NCBI GenBank assembly: GCA_964549075.1
Contig: CAZJUB010000004.1
Span: 1-64,000, forward strand
Direction of reading: 5' to 3'
Length of the DNA: 64,000 bases
Source of the DNA: an uncultured archaeon
GTDB taxonomy: Archaea; Asgardarchaeota; Heimdallarchaeia; Heimdallarchaeales; Heimdallarchaeaceae
A program made the translations under genes and the position numbers. Positions within the stretch are counted from its first letter, which is position 1, and each line of letters opens with the position of its first letter. Under the pieces are notes generated by a model. That model did not search any database, was not told the origin of the DNA, and was given only the letters and a program-made list of their open reading frames with translations. Shown one piece after another: positions 9,159 through 18,981 of the stretch.

Positions 9159-10661
9159 TTAATCTATATTTTCGAGAATCAAATCGTTAACTTTCAGTTG
9201 AAGGTTAGTTTTTCTTCCGTCAAAAATCTCTTTTGCAAGTTTACTTATTTTAATTTCAACAGAATCATCAAATTTTGGAATTTTGATATTTGCCATTATT
9301 CGTTGAGTGAAAGAAATCCTGTGACCTCTTCTTGCTCCAGCTGAAAGATAATAATCTCGAAAGAAGTGACTATTAAGATAACCTAACAAAAAGAAAGGAT
9401 CTTTTTCTGTTGGAACTATTGTTAATACATCTCCTGAAGGATAAAATGGTTTTAATGACAAACTGAATCTATTAGTTGTACTTCTATCAAGATTTGGCAC
9501 AAAAATCTTTGCTGTATCTTTATAATCTTTTAGTGTTTCAAAATTCCTCAAAGCTTGCCAATGAAACCATTTCTTTTTATCTGGTAGATATCTAACACTC
9601 ATACTGGTTTTGAATTCGATTAATTTCTTGTGAATGAAAGGATATTTCTCTTTCAGTTCTTTTTCTGTCGAAATTCCTTCATCTAGCAAGATATATTCAG
9701 TGTAACCTTCGGTCCAGAAACCTTTACAGTGCTTAGCTTTGATACATTTAATCAACAGTTTTTTTTCCTCTTCATTTAGTAACTGTTTTTCTTCTTTTGT
9801 AATAGTAAATGCTTTTTCGAAACCTGAAACTAATCCTACACCTATCCAAGCTACATCTTTAAGAAAATAAAAATTATTAATTGCTTTTTCAGGATAGGTC
9901 GTCCACACTATGTTTTCGTTTGAAAACAGCTCTTTTGTGTGATAATCAAATGTTGATGAACTTGTTTGTAACTTCAAAACATTAGAAGCTTCTGATCGTA
10001 TTTTTTTAGGACTTAAATTGCGATCCTTTATTCTGAGTATCTTCACTTGAGAGTTAGTCTTCTGTTGAGTTTTGATAAACTTGAAAATGACTGTTTCTGG
10101 ATTTTCTCCTTCAAATAAGCGAGTCTCATCTAAATCGATAATTATCTTGATGAGACCTTTTGATTTTAATTTCTCTCTAACAACCTTTGCATAAGTGTTG
10201 AAAAAAAATCCATATGGAACAATATAGATAAGTTCTCCACCTATTTTCAGGAGATCTATAGATTTCATTATAAAGGCATAATAGATGTCTGATTCTTTAT
10301 TCCCAACTATTTCAGATACTTCAATTTTCATTTGTTTCGGTAATGAATTAAAGTGGCAATATGGAGGATTGCCAATTATCAAGTCGTACTTGGTGTTAGT
10401 TATCCAGCTCAAATAGTCAAAATTTTGAAAATCTAGATTTGGAAATTTAGTTTTAGAATACTGAAATAGCTCTTTATCAAGTTCTACTGCTGTTATATTT
10501 CTGTATCCAGCTTTTGTAAGTCTATCCACGAAAATTCCTTTTCCGGTACCTGAATCCACAATTGAAATATTCTTATCAGCTTTCTTATTTTCACTGATCA
10601 GTTCTATCATCAAATCTGCAATAGGTTCAGGCGTTTCTACAAAAGCAATAGGCTTATCCAT
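9159..10661 (-). CDS. N6-adenine DNA methyltransferase, gamma class (Eco57I/TaqI-like)
   Basis: ETPEPIA (motif X), DSGTGKGIF (motif I), IIGNPPY (motif IV), GGELIYIVP, C-terminal GYLNS target-recognition region. Confidence 0.9.
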   Translation of the reverse strand: MDKPIAFVETPEPIADLMIELISENKKADKNISIVDSGTGKGIFVDRLTKAGYRNITAVELDKELFQYSKTKFPNLDFQNFDYLSWITNTKYDLIIGNPPYCHFNSLPKQMKIEVSEIVGNKESDIYYAFIMKSIDLLKIGGELIYIVPYGFFFNTYAKVVREKLKSKGLIKIIIDLDETRLFEGENPETVIFKFIKTQQKTNSQVKILRIKDRNLSPKKIRSEASNVLKLQTSSSTFDYHTKELFSNENIVWTTYPEKAINNFYFLKDVAWIGVGLVSGFEKAFTITKEEKQLLNEEEKKLLIKCIKAKHCKGFWTEGYTEYILLDEGISTEKELKEKYPFIHKKLIEFKTSMSVRYLPDKKKWFHWQALRNFETLKDYKDTAKIFVPNLDRSTTNRFSLSLKPFYPSGDVLTIVPTEKDPFFLLGYLNSHFFRDYYLSAGARRGHRISFTQRIMANIKIPKFDDSVEIKISKLAKEIFDGRKTNLQLKVNDLILENID

Positions 10662-10721
10662 TGTTTATGTACACTCAAGAGTAGAATATTGATATTACAT
10701 ATAAGTTCTTGCCCACAAATT

Positions 10722-12755
10722 TTAGAGATTCACTTGTTCTAGAAGGTCATCTATTTTACCAGGAACAGCTGAAACAAATTTGGTTACCACAGGTGGAATT
10801 TCCTTAATTCTACTAGCTAAATTCATAGCCCACATTCTTATATCAGAGCTGACTTCAGAAGCAATAACTGCAATGATTCCGTTATTAATTGCTTGAAGAG
10901 AGATACAAAAATCTTCATAATTGACATCTTTCAATCGTCCTATTTCATCTCCTTCAAGAATACTTTCTGCAAATTGTGTAATAGCCATTAAAAGTCCAGA
11001 AAGAAGTAAATCATTTGTTTTTAGTTTATCTTTTAATTTAGAATAGATTGGAATCCCAGAGTCAGAGATAATTAATACTCCTAAAACTTCAACAGGTTTC
11101 TGTCTTGATTGTGTAAGTTTCAATGATAAAAGAGATTTAAATTGTGGAAGGATAAATTCTATAATGTTCTGGCTTTGTAGATCTAAAAGACCAGTATCTA
11201 CAGCTTTATTGATGCTCGTTTCGATTTTGTCTATATCACTCAAAAGATAATCAATATCAATATTTTTGCTAAGTTCTCTTGCTTTATCTAAATCTCGTAT
11301 AGAATCTTCATAATCACCAGTTAAAAGACAAAGAACCGAACAAATCATTAACGAGGTAGTTAAGATCTGGTTATGGTTATTTTCAATTGCCAACTGTCTA
11401 ACAGTATCAATATAAGACACTGCTAGATTGAGTGATTCTTTTTTCTCAAGTAATCTATAATACCAAAGATGAGCAACAGCAAGTTGAATATTACAGAAAA
11501 GAATAAGTTCCAAATCTTTTGTATGTTTTGCTTGTTTAAGCGAAGATTCAAGATATGCTAAAGCATTAGAGAGGTTATGATTTAGCATCTCATAAAAACC
11601 ACGTAGATAATCAACTCGTGCGTTTATAGAAGGTGCTTCTAGTTGTTTTGCTAGTTCTCTAAGTTCTTTCAAATATTTCTTAGAGGAATTTAAATCTTCA
11701 ATTCTGAGGTAATAATGAATTAATTCGTACATGATGAAAGCTTTGTGCATAGATTTTTCTTGTCGTTGAATCTTATATGCATGTAAGAACGATTCCTCAG
11801 CTCTTTTATCTCCAAGGAGATAATAGATATTCCCTATCTCAGTGAGATATAAATAAGGCCATTGACCGGTAGATTCTTTATAGAGATTTATTGCACGTTC
11901 CATTAATTCTTTAGATTTCTGTACCTGTCCTAATTCTAACAAAACCTCTGCTAGGTTACCTATAGCTATAGATAGCCTGTAATCGTCATTAAATTGTTCA
12001 TGAAGTTCAATCAACTTTTCAAAACTTTCCATTGCTTTAATATTGTCTCCAATAAAACTATCAATTGATCCTTTAACATTCAAATAACTAGTTTGTACTT
12101 GATAAAAGTTGTATTTTTTCACATATGGGTCAATAAAATCAATTAACTCTTCAAAATCAACTTCAATTCCTGAATGCAGATACCACCAAAGTGAGTTCAT
12201 GTAAGCTTCTTGTAAGCCACATTGTTCAACAAAATTGTCTGTTTCTTTGATACGATTTTTGACATAATTATGAATTTCTTTGATTTTTGCGATATCCCCT
12301 TGTTGACCATACATCCACGAACTTATTTCTGCGATATGAGCTTTCATTTCATCTGAATAATCGGTTTTGCTCTCTAGAACCTTAATTATTGATTTAAGTT
12401 TTTCAAATGATTCTTCATAATTTGTAGGATTCTCTTCAAAATAAATTATATAAGCTTCAATATAATCATGTTTTACTTTTTTAAGTAAATCAATAAAATA
12501 CTCGTCTGCTTTCATTTTTTGAGTTAGATAACAACACAAACTGGCTACATTTAATCTATCTTGAACACTGTATTTTTTAGGATTTTCAAGAACTTCCTCT
12601 AAGGCAAGTGTAGCTCCTTTTCTTATCTCTTCATTTAGATTTCTTTCTTCTTGATTTTCTATATACTCCTTTAGTTTTAAAGCTAAGGAAGAAGATAATT
12701 TAGCTACGAAATCGTCTAGAAAGTCTTGCATTATCAAATATTTTTTTCTGTTCAA
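10722..12755 (-). CDS. TPR-repeat protein with C-terminal longin/roadblock-like domain
   Basis: TPR-like repeats (GNLAEVLLELGQ, TEIGNIYYLLGD); C-terminal GVLIISDSGIPIYS...LLSGLLMAITQFA pattern. Confidence 0.75.
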   Translation of the reverse strand: MNRKKYLIMQDFLDDFVAKLSSSLALKLKEYIENQEERNLNEEIRKGATLALEEVLENPKKYSVQDRLNVASLCCYLTQKMKADEYFIDLLKKVKHDYIEAYIIYFEENPTNYEESFEKLKSIIKVLESKTDYSDEMKAHIAEISSWMYGQQGDIAKIKEIHNYVKNRIKETDNFVEQCGLQEAYMNSLWWYLHSGIEVDFEELIDFIDPYVKKYNFYQVQTSYLNVKGSIDSFIGDNIKAMESFEKLIELHEQFNDDYRLSIAIGNLAEVLLELGQVQKSKELMERAINLYKESTGQWPYLYLTEIGNIYYLLGDKRAEESFLHAYKIQRQEKSMHKAFIMYELIHYYLRIEDLNSSKKYLKELRELAKQLEAPSINARVDYLRGFYEMLNHNLSNALAYLESSLKQAKHTKDLELILFCNIQLAVAHLWYYRLLEKKESLNLAVSYIDTVRQLAIENNHNQILTTSLMICSVLCLLTGDYEDSIRDLDKARELSKNIDIDYLLSDIDKIETSINKAVDTGLLDLQSQNIIEFILPQFKSLLSLKLTQSRQKPVEVLGVLIISDSGIPIYSKLKDKLKTNDLLLSGLLMAITQFAESILEGDEIGRLKDVNYEDFCISLQAINNGIIAVIASEVSSDIRMWAMNLASRIKEIPPVVTKFVSAVPGKIDDLLEQVNL

Positions 12756-12889
12756 ATTTAAACATTAAGATTCTCCTAATTGATTTTGTTTGGAAATGTA
12801 TTGTATTTAATAATACGAAATAGAAACAAAAGAATTTAAATTAAGGTATAAAATCTTGAAGATAAGATAAGATTAAAAGAGGAATAAAA

Positions 12890-13936
12890 ATGTCTGTCGA
12901 AGAACATAGAAGTATTGCTAAAGAAAAAATGAAAGGGAAGTGTGGAGTTTTTTCTGTTTGTGATGGTGCTCTCAATAAAATATGTCAAGGGAATAGTTAT
13001 GGTAAACCTATAGGTTTTGGTGGTGTTGGTTCAGGAGCAAGTTTCGCGAACAATGTTGAAGCATTGAGAAAGCTCAATCTCAAGATGAGAGTGATTGGGA
13101 ACAATTACACTCCAGATACAAAATATGATTTCTTTGGTCACGAATTAACTATGCCAATAATGGGTGCTTCTATTACCGGTGTAAACTCATTTGGTGGAGA
13201 TAGTGTTATTACTGAACCAGAATTTTGTAAAGCAACTGTATTAGGAGCAAAAGAAGCTGGTACCATAGGATGGAGAGGTGATACTTACACTTATTCTTTT
13301 GATTTCATGCCATGTTATGATGCAATCTGTAATTTAGCTGGTGGCTGGGGTGTAAAAATCTCTAAACCACGAGCACAAGATGTCCTTTTTAAAGTTTTCA
13401 AAATGTATGAAGAAGGAAATGCGATAGCTGTTGGAACTGATGTTGACGGTTGTGGAAGTACAATTATGGCAGCTCACAACAAACCTGTTTTCCGAAAAAC
13501 ACCAGAAGATATCAAAGAATTAGTGAATGCAACAAAACTTCCTGTAATTGTCAAAGGTATCATGTCTGTTGAAGATGCAGTAGCAGCAACAGAAGCTGGA
13601 GCTAAAGCGATAGTAATTTCTAATCACGGAGGAAGGGTTCTTGACCATACTCTTGGAACTGCAGATGCTCTCTTTCCTATAGTCGATGAACTTAAAGGGA
13701 AAGTAAAGATCATTGTTGATGGTGGTATCAGAACAGGGTATGATGTTCTAAAAATGCTTGCAATTGGAGCAGAATCTGTTCTTATTGGTAGAGATATTGT
13801 TCGAGCAGCTGTTGGTGGAGGAGCAGAAGGAGTAAAGGTTTTCCTTGAATTCCTCCAGAAAACACTAGTTAAAGCCATGAAAATGACTAATGTAGCTTCT
13901 CTTGATGAAATAACTCGAGAGATTATTTTCAAGTAA
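12890..13936 (+). CDS. FMN-dependent alpha-hydroxy acid dehydrogenase/oxidase
   Basis: VIVKGIM, ISNHGGRVLD, DGGIRTGYDVLKMLAIGA and IGR motifs. Confidence 0.92.
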   Translation: MSVEEHRSIAKEKMKGKCGVFSVCDGALNKICQGNSYGKPIGFGGVGSGASFANNVEALRKLNLKMRVIGNNYTPDTKYDFFGHELTMPIMGASITGVNSFGGDSVITEPEFCKATVLGAKEAGTIGWRGDTYTYSFDFMPCYDAICNLAGGWGVKISKPRAQDVLFKVFKMYEEGNAIAVGTDVDGCGSTIMAAHNKPVFRKTPEDIKELVNATKLPVIVKGIMSVEDAVAATEAGAKAIVISNHGGRVLDHTLGTADALFPIVDELKGKVKIIVDGGIRTGYDVLKMLAIGAESVLIGRDIVRAAVGGGAEGVKVFLEFLQKTLVKAMKMTNVASLDEITREIIFK

Positions 13937-13942
13937 AATTGT

Positions 13943-15031
13943 CTATTCAGACAATTTTCTTTTTACATTTTCAATCGAAATTGCTTCTGATTTATTGTTA
14001 TCTCTCCCTACTATTGTTTCAGCCATTAGAATTGAATTGAGTATAGCTTCTTCGGTGGATTCAACAACAGCTCTAAGAAGAGATCTGAATAGTTTTGTTC
14101 TTTCGTTCACAATTTTCATAGTAAGAATAGATTCTTTGTTGTCATGGTCGATTTTGTTACTAGTTGAAAATGATATTATCACATCTCCAGAACCATGGGA
14201 ACCAAAACTACCTGTTCTAGATATACCAAGAGGTGCTCTTTTAGAAAGACGACAGAGTTGTCTTGCATTAAGAGGAGCATCAGTTGCCAAGATAACCATT
14301 ATCGAACCTTTTTCTCTTTCTTGTACTTTATCTATTTTATCTATAGATTTTCCTAGTATAGTTAAATCACCTTTCATACCAAAATTAGAAAGTACTAATG
14401 CACCTAAATGATAGGTTAAATTCCTATCCTCTATCTTTCTAGAAGAGCTACCTATCCCAGCCTTATACCCTAAAGCTGTCATCCCAGTTCCTGCTCCTAC
14501 AGAACCTTCTTTAAAAAATTTATCAGCGTTTTTTATCGCTTCATAAACATGTTCTTTCTTAACATGCCTTCCTTGAATATCATTTAACTTCCCATCGTGA
14601 CATTCTCCAACAACAACATTGATAGTTGATGTATCAATCCCGATATCAGGATTCTCTTTAATATGATAATCGATTAAAGCATTAGCAACTAGAGGAACAT
14701 TAAGAGTGTTGGTTAAAGCAATAATAGATTCGATATTACCTAATTCTTGAACTTGTACAAGTCCAGTAGTTTTTCCATAACCATTAAATACAAACGCACT
14801 TGCTCGAACTTTTTCTCTATAATTATTTCCAGGATGAGGTCTAATAATTGTAACACCAGTTCTTTCTGGACCTTTACCAGGTATCAATTTCCCCTCTCCT
14901 TCTATGATAGTTGAATGCCCTACAAGTACTCCTGGAACGTCAGTAATTAAATTGAATTCTCCAGTGGGTAAAATACCAACTTGATAACCTAAATCCCTCA
15001 ATCTCTTTCTTTCTTCTGTCATAATTAACAA
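13943..15031 (-). CDS. dmpA: DmpA/P1 family (peptidase S58) D-aminopeptidase
   Basis: ITDVPGVLVGH, NGYGKTTG, EGSVGAGTGM, autoprocessing GS site (KGSIMV), HGSGD. Confidence 0.92.
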   Translation of the reverse strand: MLIMTEERKRLRDLGYQVGILPTGEFNLITDVPGVLVGHSTIIEGEGKLIPGKGPERTGVTIIRPHPGNNYREKVRASAFVFNGYGKTTGLVQVQELGNIESIIALTNTLNVPLVANALIDYHIKENPDIGIDTSTINVVVGECHDGKLNDIQGRHVKKEHVYEAIKNADKFFKEGSVGAGTGMTALGYKAGIGSSSRKIEDRNLTYHLGALVLSNFGMKGDLTILGKSIDKIDKVQEREKGSIMVILATDAPLNARQLCRLSKRAPLGISRTGSFGSHGSGDVIISFSTSNKIDHDNKESILTMKIVNERTKLFRSLLRAVVESTEEAILNSILMAETIVGRDNNKSEAISIENVKRKLSE

Positions 15032-15068
15032 GAATACTGAAAATATCGAGAATATATCTTTTTGCTTT

Positions 15069-16781
15069 TCATGTGTAACGAAAAGTCTCTAAAACTAATC
15101 TTTCATAAACTTCATCATACATTGCCACAATTGTTTCTTTAGCAATATCCCTTGAGAATTTTCTAGCTATTCTCTCCTCAGGTTTTCGTTTCTTCCAGAT
15201 ATTAGCAATGAGCAGATATAATAATTTAGCGAAATAGAATAGACTTAATGGAAGAGCAAGTATAACTTTGAATAAAAACAGAAAGATTTTTGCAATCATA
15301 TTCAGAGATTGCTTTGCTTCTTGCTTAGTTTGTTTATCCAATTCTTCATGAGGTTCATCTGCTAAAAGTAAAGAGTTCAAACCTTTCTGAATTTCTACGA
15401 ATTTAGAACCTAAATAACTCCCAGCTCTTTTTGTCCAATTCTTAGCAAATATAATTTTAAAACTATTAATTATATGCTTTCCATAAGAGTAGAAAATCAT
15501 TCCAAACTCTATGAAAGGTACAACAAATCCGTAGGAGATATTTCGCAATTTTCTCAGAAATCTCTTAAAGAATTTTTCTTTTGCAAAATGATCAAGAATG
15601 TATCTATGTCCTCCCAAAGCTATGGAAAAAGCAAGTTGATTGTATTCAAGATCACTAATATGAGTCTTATATCTTTCTTCAACTTTAATAATTCCTTTTA
15701 ATGCACCATTCAATAGAATTGATTTAAAGAAATCGTCAGAAACAAATTCCTCACTTAGTTTGTTTGTTACAAAAACCAATGTTTGCTTAGCTTCTTTATA
15801 ACTCATAGAATTCTCTTTTGCAAATGCAGCTAGTCCAGGTTCTTTCTTCCAAGGGAAGATATAAGTCTCTTTTTGCCAGAGTAAAAGAGAAAAGACTCTA
15901 GAGAGAGAATCTTCTACCTTAGTCATATCAAGTCGGTCTTCTGTTTCTGAGGATAAAAATTCTTCATAAAGTTTCTTAGTCTTTTCAGGTAAAGAGAAAG
16001 AAGATATACTAATGATGTTAGTAAACCGTTTCTGAAGATTCCTCAAATCACCTACTAAATCGACTTTGAATTCTTCAAAGGTGGAAGCATCAACCGGAGG
16101 AGCTTCAAAGAACGAGAAACTAGCTTTTGAAGCCAGATAAGGCAAGGAAAAAAGATTTTCTATTCTCTGATAGAATGATCCCCAGCTATAAGCTCCCAAC
16201 CTTATCATCCTTAAACTTGCAGCATGAAATAATGCATAAACAGGTCCAAATACAGTTGCAATAAATGAGAGCATACCCATAATAGTGGAACAAATAACTG
16301 CAGTAGCAGTTATGAGTAGCCATTGGGTAGTGGTGTCAAGTTCACTAAAACTTGGGAAAAAAGTACCAATGATATTATTAACTAAACTATTAAAATCAGT
16401 TGTCTGACTGCCTATAAGAAGAATTGAAACAGAGATTATGACAATAATAATGAGAAGGTGGTCATAGGTTTCCCCTACTCCTCGCTGAATAGGATAAGCT
16501 TTGTTGATACGGTCTTCTCTCATCTGAATTTCTTCAATTTCCTCCTCTAGTTTGACTAGTTCTATTTTCTCTTGACTGGAAAAAAGATTAGAAGCATAAA
16601 CTAGATATCTTCTCCAAAGATTAAGGATAGGAACAAGCTCTCGTAATCCTCTAGGGATTATTAATTCATAAATATATAAAAGAAATTTAGCAAGAACTAC
16701 TGCGACATATAAAATAGCTCCAGCAATCCAGAGAAAGGGAGTAAGAATAGCAATCAGAATCTTACTAAATATTTTTTTCAT
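15069..16781 (-). CDS. Uncharacterised multi-pass membrane protein; paralog of 30302..32341 and 32352..34142
   Basis: Shared motifs GLRELVP, YPIQRGVGE, FGPVYALFH, SFSFFEAPP, GALKGI, MYDEVYERL. Confidence 0.8.
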   Translation of the reverse strand: MKKIFSKILIAILTPFLWIAGAILYVAVVLAKFLLYIYELIIPRGLRELVPILNLWRRYLVYASNLFSSQEKIELVKLEEEIEEIQMREDRINKAYPIQRGVGETYDHLLIIIVIISVSILLIGSQTTDFNSLVNNIIGTFFPSFSELDTTTQWLLITATAVICSTIMGMLSFIATVFGPVYALFHAASLRMIRLGAYSWGSFYQRIENLFSLPYLASKASFSFFEAPPVDASTFEEFKVDLVGDLRNLQKRFTNIISISSFSLPEKTKKLYEEFLSSETEDRLDMTKVEDSLSRVFSLLLWQKETYIFPWKKEPGLAAFAKENSMSYKEAKQTLVFVTNKLSEEFVSDDFFKSILLNGALKGIIKVEERYKTHISDLEYNQLAFSIALGGHRYILDHFAKEKFFKRFLRKLRNISYGFVVPFIEFGMIFYSYGKHIINSFKIIFAKNWTKRAGSYLGSKFVEIQKGLNSLLLADEPHEELDKQTKQEAKQSLNMIAKIFLFLFKVILALPLSLFYFAKLLYLLIANIWKKRKPEERIARKFSRDIAKETIVAMYDEVYERLVLETFRYT

Positions 16782-16848
16782 TGATAGTAAAAGCTAAATA
16801 GCATATATTTTTAATTTTGTGATACAGAGAAAAGAAAGAAAAGAGAAG

Positions 16849-17856
16849 CTAATATTTTATTCTAGGATCGATAAACACATACGTGATATCCGTAAGTAAA
16901 CGCGCTACAAGGAATAAAAATGGGAAAATGGTGTTCGTAGCCATCATCATAGGAAAATCTCTAAAGAGCGCTCCTTGTAAGAAATACGTACCTAAACCAG
17001 GCCAGCCAAAAACGGTTTCTATCATGACACTACCCGATAGTAATCCTGGTAGAGAATTACCTACGATCGTGACTATGGGTAAAAGTCCATTTCTAAACGC
17101 ATGTTTGTATATTACTCCCCTCGATTTTACTCCTTTTGCCTTTGCCGTTGTTATATAATCTTGTCTCAGAATCTCTAAAAGTTGTGATCTAATCAAACGA
17201 GCCATGAAAACGAGATGTCCGAGGGTTAATGCTAGTGTTGGCAATATCAGATACTTGTAGAAATTCTTGTTTAAGAGTAGTGGTTTTACAAACGCATCCT
17301 TATTTGTTACTCCTGTAAAATTGAACAACTCAAAAGATAGATACATAAACAATTTTGCTATCCAGAACAGTGGCATTGAGTATCCTAGTAGCATTGCTAC
17401 TGTAAGAGTTCTATCCCAGAACGAATTTCTTCTTGTTGCTGACACTACACCTATTGCTGTAGACAAAACTAGTGATATAACGAATGATAGTATATTTAGA
17501 ATAAGTGTATATGGAGCGTGATCACCGATAATTTTCGCTATTGGTACCCCTTGTCCTGCTTGAGTATAATACCAACTTTCCCCGAAATCAAATCTTAACA
17601 AATGGCTAACATACAAAACATATCGTTGAAACCAAGGCACTGTATATAATTCTTGGTCTAACAGTCCCATTTCTATTGCTTCTTTGTTATACGCCTGATT
17701 ATAACAATCTGCTGATTCACAATGAATTAAACCTATTCTTACAACTACAGGATCTCCTGGTGCTACATTAATCAGAGTGAAATTCATCAACGTTATACCT
17801 AACATTACAGGTACAATGTATAATATTCTTCTTACAATAAACCCTTTTAATGACAA
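16849..17856 (-). CDS. Peptide/nickel ABC transporter permease (OppB/DppB type)
   Basis: APGDPV, DFGES, QDYITTAKAKG (EAA loop), HAFRN, ETVFGWPGLG, DPRI. Confidence 0.93.
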   Translation of the reverse strand: MSLKGFIVRRILYIVPVMLGITLMNFTLINVAPGDPVVVRIGLIHCESADCYNQAYNKEAIEMGLLDQELYTVPWFQRYVLYVSHLLRFDFGESWYYTQAGQGVPIAKIIGDHAPYTLILNILSFVISLVLSTAIGVVSATRRNSFWDRTLTVAMLLGYSMPLFWIAKLFMYLSFELFNFTGVTNKDAFVKPLLLNKNFYKYLILPTLALTLGHLVFMARLIRSQLLEILRQDYITTAKAKGVKSRGVIYKHAFRNGLLPIVTIVGNSLPGLLSGSVMIETVFGWPGLGTYFLQGALFRDFPMMMATNTIFPFLFLVARLLTDITYVFIDPRIKY

Positions 17857-17940
17857 ATTACCACTCTGACCTTATTAGCATAATTCTTACTCAAACATTT
17901 AAGTTTGTTTCTATGTGTAGAAACTTCAAACAATCCGAGT

Positions 17941-17958
17941 TATGAATAATTATTCATA
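17941..17958. promoter_or_regulatory. Perfect 18-bp palindrome; candidate operator of the DUF134 regulator
   Basis: TATGAATAATTATTCATA just upstream of a TATA-like TTTATTAA and the DUF134 operon. Confidence 0.6.
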
Positions 17959-17993
17959 TCCAAAGATTTATTAAATTAAATAGACAAACACAT

Positions 17994-18293
17994 TTGATGG
18001 TTCAGCAACGAAAAATTCCAAGAAACTGCATAGATTATGAAGGACAAGTATTCAAACCAGTTTCAATTCCTTTAAAAGATTTGGAACAGATGAGGTTAAC
18101 TAAGGAAGAGATTACTGCATTACATCACGCAGATTTTCTGGGTTTAAAACAACAGGAGGCAGCTGAAAAGATGGGAATTTCACAAGCTTCTTTTAGTCGA
18201 GAACTCGCTTCAGCTCATCAAAAAGTCGCAAAAGCATTTTTTGACATTAAAGCTCTTCTCTTTGAGGATCCATCAGAACAGTCAAGTGATTAA
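17994..18293 (+). CDS. DUF134 family HTH DNA-binding protein
   Basis: FKP...L..EE..AL...D..GL.Q.EAAEKMGISQASFSR.L.SA..KVA pattern. Confidence 0.88.
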   Translation: MMVQQRKIPRNCIDYEGQVFKPVSIPLKDLEQMRLTKEEITALHHADFLGLKQQEAAEKMGISQASFSRELASAHQKVAKAFFDIKALLFEDPSEQSSD

Positions 18294-18295
18294 CT

Positions 18296-18625
18296 ATGAA
18301 AGTAGCTATACCTAGTTCTTCTAATCAAGAAGATTCTATAATGTATGAGAGATTTGGCAGATGTAATTATTTCTGTATATACGATTCTGAATATGATACA
18401 CTGGATTTTATTACCAATCCAGCTGTATATGCTAGTGGAGGAGCTGGATTTCAAGCTGTAGAATTCCTCCTTAACAATGATATTGGAGCAGTCATTGTTC
18501 CTCGGTTAGGACCTAATGCGGAAGGAGTTTTAAAGCGAGGTAAAGTTGATATCTTCCAAGGAGAGAATATTCCAGTCAAAGATTTGATAGAAAAATGGAA
18601 AACCAATTCTCTAACTAAAATTTAG
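18296..18625 (+). CDS. NifB/NifX family (FeMo-cofactor-binding-like) protein
   Basis: MKVAIP, RFGRCNYF, GGAG and GPNA motifs. Confidence 0.88.
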   Translation: MKVAIPSSSNQEDSIMYERFGRCNYFCIYDSEYDTLDFITNPAVYASGGAGFQAVEFLLNNDIGAVIVPRLGPNAEGVLKRGKVDIFQGENIPVKDLIEKWKTNSLTKI

Positions 18626-18633
18626 GTGATAAA

Positions 18634-18981
18634 ATGAAATATGCAATTCCAATTGATACAAATAATGATTTAGATTCTATTGTCGGTCAACACTTCGGTC
18701 ATGTTCCCTTCTATGCTATCTGGGATCAAGATTCTGATGAGCTTAACATAGTTGAGAACCAAAGCAACCATAAAGGTGGTTCAGGATTACCAATGGAATT
18801 CTTAGCCTCACTTTGTGATGGAGATTTACTCAAAGGAGCTGGATCCAAAGCTGTAATGTTAGGAAAGCAATTAGGCTTAGATGTTTATATGGGTGCTGAA
18901 GGTACTGTGAAAGACACTATTCAGAAATTCATCAATGGTGAGCTTTATGCAGCAACCAAAGATGATGGATGTAATCATTGA
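18634..18981 (+). CDS. NifB/NifX family protein
   Basis: MKYAIP, QHFGHVPFY, GTVKD, C-terminal CNH; GGTGA RBS upstream. Confidence 0.85.
   Translation: MKYAIPIDTNNDLDSIVGQHFGHVPFYAIWDQDSDELNIVENQSNHKGGSGLPMEFLASLCDGDLLKGAGSKAVMLGKQLGLDVYMGAEGTVKDTIQKFINGELYAATKDDGCNH

Noticed and set aside
13624-14411. Short antisense ORFs (13624..13932, 13995..14411, and similar ones at 8143, 16883, 31378, 44866, 61936)
   Set aside because: They lie opposite well-supported genes and show no motifs
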